From NCBI GenBank assembly GCA_016784355.1, contig JADHUV010000009.1, positions 8,746 to 72,745 of the forward strand: a stretch of 64,000 nucleotides of DNA, written 5' to 3'. This stretch comes from Nitrospira sp. Its GTDB lineage: Bacteria; Nitrospirota; Thermodesulfovibrionia; UBA6902. Of the stretch, positions 58,419 to 64,000 are shown piece after piece (position 1 is the stretch's first letter; each line of letters begins with the position of its first letter). The notes under the pieces are model-generated. The model did not search any database, had not been told where the DNA came from, and saw nothing but the letters and a program-made list of their open reading frames with translations. Both the position numbers and the translations under genes were made by a program.

Positions 58419-59315
58419 TTAAGAGGGAGTGCGTAAATCTTTTATCTCGGCAGCGAACTCAGCATTGACCGCTGTCCCTGCGTCAACGGCCTCTTCGTGC
58501 CGGGCCGGCTTGATGTGTTCGCCCGGGCTGCCGCAGTAAATACAGCAATTATTCTCAAAAATTTTTTTCCTCAGTTCATCAGAAAAGCCGGACGCAAGGA
58601 CCCCGGCGGGCAGCGCAAACATCGCTATCCCGAGCATCGCTATAAATGCACCGACAATTTTTCCGGTAATGGTAATCGGATAGATATCGCCGTAGCCGAC
58701 AGTGGTCAGGGTGGCGACTCCCCACCACATTGCCGCCGGAATACTCGAAAAAGCCTCCGGCTGGGACTCGTGTTCAAGAAAGTAAATGAGGCTTGATGAG
58801 ATAATCAGAAGCATAAACAGGATAAAGGCGTTTACTGCCAGCCCCTCTTTTTTTGCTCTAAGTACATTGTTAAGCGTTTTAAAAGACTCAGAATAACGGC
58901 CGAGTTTAAACAGACGGAAAAGTCTGAACAGCCTTACAGCCCTGAGTATCCTTCCGTCAAGGTCCGCAAACAGCAGGAAGAAGGGAACTATAGCCAGCAG
59001 GTCTATTATGGCCATGGGTGTAACCATAAACCTCAGTCTTCCTATAACAGGCCTGCTGAACTTCTCGTGCACTGTGCAGGACCATACTCTCAGGATATAT
59101 TCTATGATGAAGACGGCTATGGATATAGTGTCAAGAATTATAAACAGGTGATAGTATTCAGCGTGAATGCTCTGAACCGTCTCGAGTATTACGCAGACGA
59201 CATTTATAGCGATAAGAGTGACGATGAATATGTCAAATATCCGGCTCGGAAAATCATTGTCCGAGGACTTATCCAGTATTTCGTTTACTCTCTTTTTGAT
59301 TTTGTTCTTATTCAT
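58419..59315 (-). CDS. Voltage-gated-type potassium channel (6-TM Kv-like)
   Basis: K+ selectivity filter TLTTVGYGD, and an S4-like arginine ladder RILRAVRLFRLFRLFKLGR. Confidence 0.85.
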   Translation of the reverse strand: MNKNKIKKRVNEILDKSSDNDFPSRIFDIFIVTLIAINVVCVILETVQSIHAEYYHLFIILDTISIAVFIIEYILRVWSCTVHEKFSRPVIGRLRFMVTPMAIIDLLAIVPFFLLFADLDGRILRAVRLFRLFRLFKLGRYSESFKTLNNVLRAKKEGLAVNAFILFMLLIISSSLIYFLEHESQPEAFSSIPAAMWWGVATLTTVGYGDIYPITITGKIVGAFIAMLGIAMFALPAGVLASGFSDELRKKIFENNCCIYCGSPGEHIKPARHEEAVDAGTAVNAEFAAEIKDLRTPS

Positions 59316-59453
59316 ATTTTCATATATACAGACACGGTCAATGGCCTGTATAAATATATCGAGTCAGTTTGCGATTAACTTTAATGCTCCCTGCGTTCAT
59401 CCCCATGCAAGATTGCTCAAATATCACTGGACTTCCCCCGCTTTTGTAGACAC

Positions 59454-59628
59454 TCACCCGGTTGCATTTTCAGCTAATTCGTAGTCCTGCGGGCTGATGT
59501 ACCCGAGATAGCTGTGACGCCTCTTTGAATTAAAGAACATTTCGATATAATCGAAGATGTCACTCTTTGCTTCATCACGGGTATCGTAGATCCTCCAGGC
59601 GGGATGATCTAATTTTGCATGATCTCAG
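59454..59628 (-). mobile_element. C-terminal remnant of an IS3-family transposase (OrfB)
   Basis: My own translation gives DHPAWRIYDTRDEAKSDIFDYIEMFFNSKRRHSYLGYISPQDYELAENATG*, which matches the conserved IS3/IS150 integrase C-terminus (..F.YIE.FYN..R.HS.LGY.SP..). There is no upstream catalytic region, and a stop codon lies directly 5' of the fragment. Confidence 0.65.
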
Positions 59629-59735
59629 GACATAAAGCCCGATCTGCCTTTGACCGCTGCACTATAGTTAATGAAGAAAATTTTAAGAATCCATCGGGAA
59701 AGGTTTTTAAGCGCCTTGAAGGCAGAAGAAAAAAA

Positions 59736-59821
59736 TGGCGGAGGAGGTAGGATTCGAACCCACGGATCTTTCGATCAACGGTTTTCAAGACCGCCGCCAT
59801 CGACCACTCGGCCACTCCTCC
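59736..59821 (-). tRNA. tRNA-Ser (anticodon UGA), CCA encoded
   Basis: GGAGGAG acceptor pairs with CTCCTCC. D-arm GCCGAGTGGTC.... Anticodon stem GCGGT/ACCGT with loop CTTGAAA. Long variable arm. T-arm GTGGG-TTCGAAT-CCTAC. 86 nt. Confidence 0.9.
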
Positions 59822-59872
59822 GTAATTTTTTCTTATTTTACAGTTACATGATAAAACTGTGTATCTATATAA

Positions 59873-61195
<1,323 letters not shown>

Positions 61196-61302
61196 TTAGA
61201 CATGTACTAAGGTAAGAGAAAATATTCTAAAAATCAATAGCGTGATAAAAAAAGCAGGCATTGCCTATGCATTTAGGTGTTTTTATAGTAATATGAATAA
61301 TT

Positions 61303-62148
61303 ATGACTCAAACCATTAAAAAACTATTTCAGGCAATTATCCTGCTGTTTCTTTTAATCCCTGCTGTGTCTAATGCCTTTACCGTAACTTACCAGCCAGC
61401 AGAGCCGAGGCAGGGGGATGTACTCTTTGTGAAAATTGTTACTGAAAATGCCGGTTCTGCCGAGGCTGAGTTTCAGGGTAAAAAATATAGTTTCGGAAGG
61501 GTTGATCAGAAGCACCTGATTGCGCTGCTGCCGATTGATATTTATACATCGGCCAAAGAATATGATCTTCAAGTGGTTCATAACGGGGCTAAGAGTGTTG
61601 TAAATATAAAGGTGCATGCCCGCGAGTTTGATACTATTGAACTGACCCTGCCTGAGGGCAAGGTTGATCTGAGCCCTGATAGTCATAAACGTGCAGCTAA
61701 GGAATCGGTGATGCTGAAGAAGGTATGGGAAAGCGAGTCTGAAAGGACCTGGAACACCAGGTTTGAAAGGCCGATTAATACTGAGATTTCCACGCATTTC
61801 GGTACAAAACGCATTATGAATAAAAAGAGAACCAGTGTTCACAGGGGTATGGATTTTCGCGGAAAAACGGGAACCCCTGTTCAGGCCATTAATAACGGGA
61901 CGGTTATTTTGACTGACGATCTTTTTTTCGGCGGCAATACAGTGGTACTAGATCATGGTATGGGACTGTACTCAGTTTATATGCATCTTTCCAAGTTTAC
62001 CGTAACCAGCGGGGATATCATTAATAAAGGTCAGGAAATCGGTCTTATCGGAAATTCCGGGCGGGCTACAGGGCCTCATCTGCATCTAAGCGTAAAGCTG
62101 CACGGCACCAGTGTTGATCCTCTGTCTCTTATTGATCTTGACCTCTAA
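61303..62148 (+). CDS. M23-family metallopeptidase
   Basis: Signal peptide, HRGMDF, and the GNSGRATGPHLHLSV motifs. Confidence 0.85.
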   Translation: MTQTIKKLFQAIILLFLLIPAVSNAFTVTYQPAEPRQGDVLFVKIVTENAGSAEAEFQGKKYSFGRVDQKHLIALLPIDIYTSAKEYDLQVVHNGAKSVVNIKVHAREFDTIELTLPEGKVDLSPDSHKRAAKESVMLKKVWESESERTWNTRFERPINTEISTHFGTKRIMNKKRTSVHRGMDFRGKTGTPVQAINNGTVILTDDLFFGGNTVVLDHGMGLYSVYMHLSKFTVTSGDIINKGQEIGLIGNSGRATGPHLHLSVKLHGTSVDPLSLIDLDL

Positions 62149-62196
62149 TTTTTTTCATATCCCCTGACGGATATCTTTTGGATAGTAAATGAAAAT

Positions 62197-63456
62197 ATGG
62201 ATTTATATTTAATAATTATTATTGCGGGCTATTGCCTTGTCTCAGGATTCGGATACTGGCTTGATTACCTGAATCTTGTTCACCTGGGTAAATTCGGGGC
62301 TGTTATCCCTGAAGAGTTCGAGGGGCATATTGATCAGGATCTGCTCGTAAAAACCAGTGCCTATAACATCGAAAACGCGCGGTTTGGTTTTGTATCATCC
62401 ATATTTAACAATGCAGCGGTGCTTACGTTTATGCTGGTGCTGCTCAATATATACAATAACTGGATCAAATCCTTAGACCTTTTCTTTATAGCATCGGGCA
62501 TAGTTTTTTTTCTGCTAATGACATATGCGGAAACTTTAATCTCAATGCCGTTTAGCCTGTATCACACGTTTAGAATAGAGAACCGGTATGGTTTTAATAC
62601 TATGACTTTCAGGCTCTGGATTATTGATGCCTTAAAATCATTGGCGGTTTCCACCATTCTTCTGGCACTTTTAGTATCTGCAGGTCTGTATATTATTCAG
62701 AAGAGTCCGGATCTTTGGTGGTTATGGCTTTGGAGCTTTTTTCTGTTTTTCAGCATCGTTATGATGTATGTAGCTCCATATGTTATTGAGCCTCTTTTTC
62801 ACAAGTTCAGCCCGATCGGCGATGAATCGCTTGAGTCTGATATCAGGGGGCTTATGGAGAAGGCAGGGATTAAGGTGAGTCGGGTGTTTAAGGTAGATGC
62901 CTCCCGCCGGACGCGACATACCAATGCTTATTTCACCGGTATTGGAAGGGTGAAGCGTATTGTTTTGTATGATACGCTGCTTGAGACTATGGACAGGGAG
63001 GAGATCCTGGCAGTTTTGGCCCATGAGGCAGGTCACTGGAAGAAGAAACATCTGCTGAAGCACCTTGTTACAAGTGAGGTGTTCGCACTGGTGATTTTGT
63101 ATATTGCCTGGCACGTGCTGAAGAATGATATGCTGTCCGGTATTTTTCATTTGACAAACGGGACCTTTTTTTCCGAGGCAGTGCTTCTGGGTTTTGTGGC
63201 CTCCATACTCGCCTTTCCTCTGGGGCCGGTATTTAATTATATTTCGAGGAGGCATGAAGAAGAGGCGGATAGATATTCGTATGAAATGACGGGCAGCGGT
63301 GAGGGGATGACAGGCGCATTGGTAAAGCTGTCTACGGATAATCTTTCAAATCTTCATCCTCATCCACTGTATGCGCTTTTCCACTATTCTCACCCTCCAG
63401 TTCTTCAGAGGATCAGAGCAATAAAGGGGTTTAGCCGGGCGGACTCTCCGGATTAA
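62197..63456 (+). CDS. M48-family (Ste24/HtpX-like) integral membrane zinc protease
   Basis: HExxH in LAHEAGHWKKKH, multiple TM helices and the C-terminal HPP..R motif. Confidence 0.85.
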   Translation: MDLYLIIIIAGYCLVSGFGYWLDYLNLVHLGKFGAVIPEEFEGHIDQDLLVKTSAYNIENARFGFVSSIFNNAAVLTFMLVLLNIYNNWIKSLDLFFIASGIVFFLLMTYAETLISMPFSLYHTFRIENRYGFNTMTFRLWIIDALKSLAVSTILLALLVSAGLYIIQKSPDLWWLWLWSFFLFFSIVMMYVAPYVIEPLFHKFSPIGDESLESDIRGLMEKAGIKVSRVFKVDASRRTRHTNAYFTGIGRVKRIVLYDTLLETMDREEILAVLAHEAGHWKKKHLLKHLVTSEVFALVILYIAWHVLKNDMLSGIFHLTNGTFFSEAVLLGFVASILAFPLGPVFNYISRRHEEEADRYSYEMTGSGEGMTGALVKLSTDNLSNLHPHPLYALFHYSHPPVLQRIRAIKGFSRADSPD

Positions 63457-63494
63457 GATTGTAATTAGAATATCGTTTTGTTATATTTCTGAAG

Positions 63495-64000
63495 ATGACG
63501 AACTGGATACTGCAATCAAATGTTCATACTTTTGATGGAAAAGTCCTGCTGACAGCGGGTACTGAACTGACAGATTCCGTGTTTCAGGAAGTTATCAGGT
63601 CCAATTCTGATGCTCCCTATAAAAGTTATAACCTGCTTCAGTATAGTGGGATAAAAAAAGATCTCCTGGAATATATGGCAACCCCCCCGTATGACCGGAT
63701 ATTTGATGTAGGGGATAAATATGCAGAATTTATACAGATCGTGGAAAGCATATCTTTGATAGAACCGGTCCTGCAGTCTCTGGATTTTTTGAAGGTCCAT
63801 GATCCGTATACTTACAGACATACACTTACGGTATTCGCCCTTTCCTCTCTTGCCGCTTTATACCTTATAGATGATTTTCATGAACGTGTAAGAGAGGCAT
63901 CGTCAAGTCCATCGCATGATATAGGAAAGATGTGTGTGTCACAAGTTATCTTACAGAAAAGCACACCTATGACAATGAAAGAAAGAGATATACTTGTTCA
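63495..64000 (+). CDS. HD/HD-GYP-domain protein, 5' part (runs off the window)
   Basis: My own translation from the ATG at 63495 is MTNWILQSNVHTFDGKVLLTAG ... VHDPYTYRHTLTVFAL ... SHDIGKMCV.... The frame is open to nt 64000, and it is absent from the ORF track because it has no stop. Confidence 0.6.
   Translation, partial: MTNWILQSNVHTFDGKVLLTAGTELTDSVFQEVIRSNSDAPYKSYNLLQYSGIKKDLLEYMATPPYDRIFDVGDKYAEFIQIVESISLIEPVLQSLDFLKVHDPYTYRHTLTVFALSSLAALYLIDDFHERVREASSSPSHDIGKMCVSQVILQKSTPMTMKERDILV

Overview
The window is a gene-dense bacterial chromosomal segment with about 50 protein genes, one tRNA and no rRNA or CRISPR array. The gene content points to an anaerobe: multihaem c-type cytochromes, a Tat-exported superoxide-reductase-like protein, sigma-54 regulation, a Bat/MoxR aerotolerance operon and many radical-SAM and PAS/HD-GYP signalling genes. 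That lifestyle is my inference and the taxon cannot be determined from sequence alone. Housekeeping genes I recognise are apt, mtnP, ubiE/menG, rsmG, ubiX, an icd-like gene, rho, cutA, a HIT gene, an AddB/AddA-like pair, rsmA, mnmG, serS and tRNA-Ser(UGA).

The locus that looks most novel is 4151-10048. A GAF/sigma-54 activator is divergent from a 796-aa single-polypeptide fusion of a PqqD/RRE-like domain, a radical-SAM/SPASM domain and an ArsM/AS3MT-type methyltransferase. A B12-binding radical-SAM enzyme follows the fusion, and I could find no precursor-peptide gene.

Other items worth a second look:
- Four evenly spaced GTAAA-N5-TTTAC inverted repeats upstream of an S8 protease. The protease has an inserted beta-rich module and a poly-Gly/CFIATAAYGS C-terminal anchor.
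- A two-CW-type cysteine-rich gene split by a one-base shift at an A6 run, flanked by other slippage-prone tracts.
- A 1.6-kb islet (Kv-type channel plus an IS3 transposase remnant) between tRNA-Ser and a decayed 69-nt tRNA-Ser copy.
- A good -24/-12 sigma-54 promoter in front of a 4x CxxC small protein.
- A peptidoglycan-recycling gene set.
- A tandem REC-PAS-HK-REC / HD-GYP signalling operon.

All family calls rest on motifs read by eye from the translations. No database search was run.
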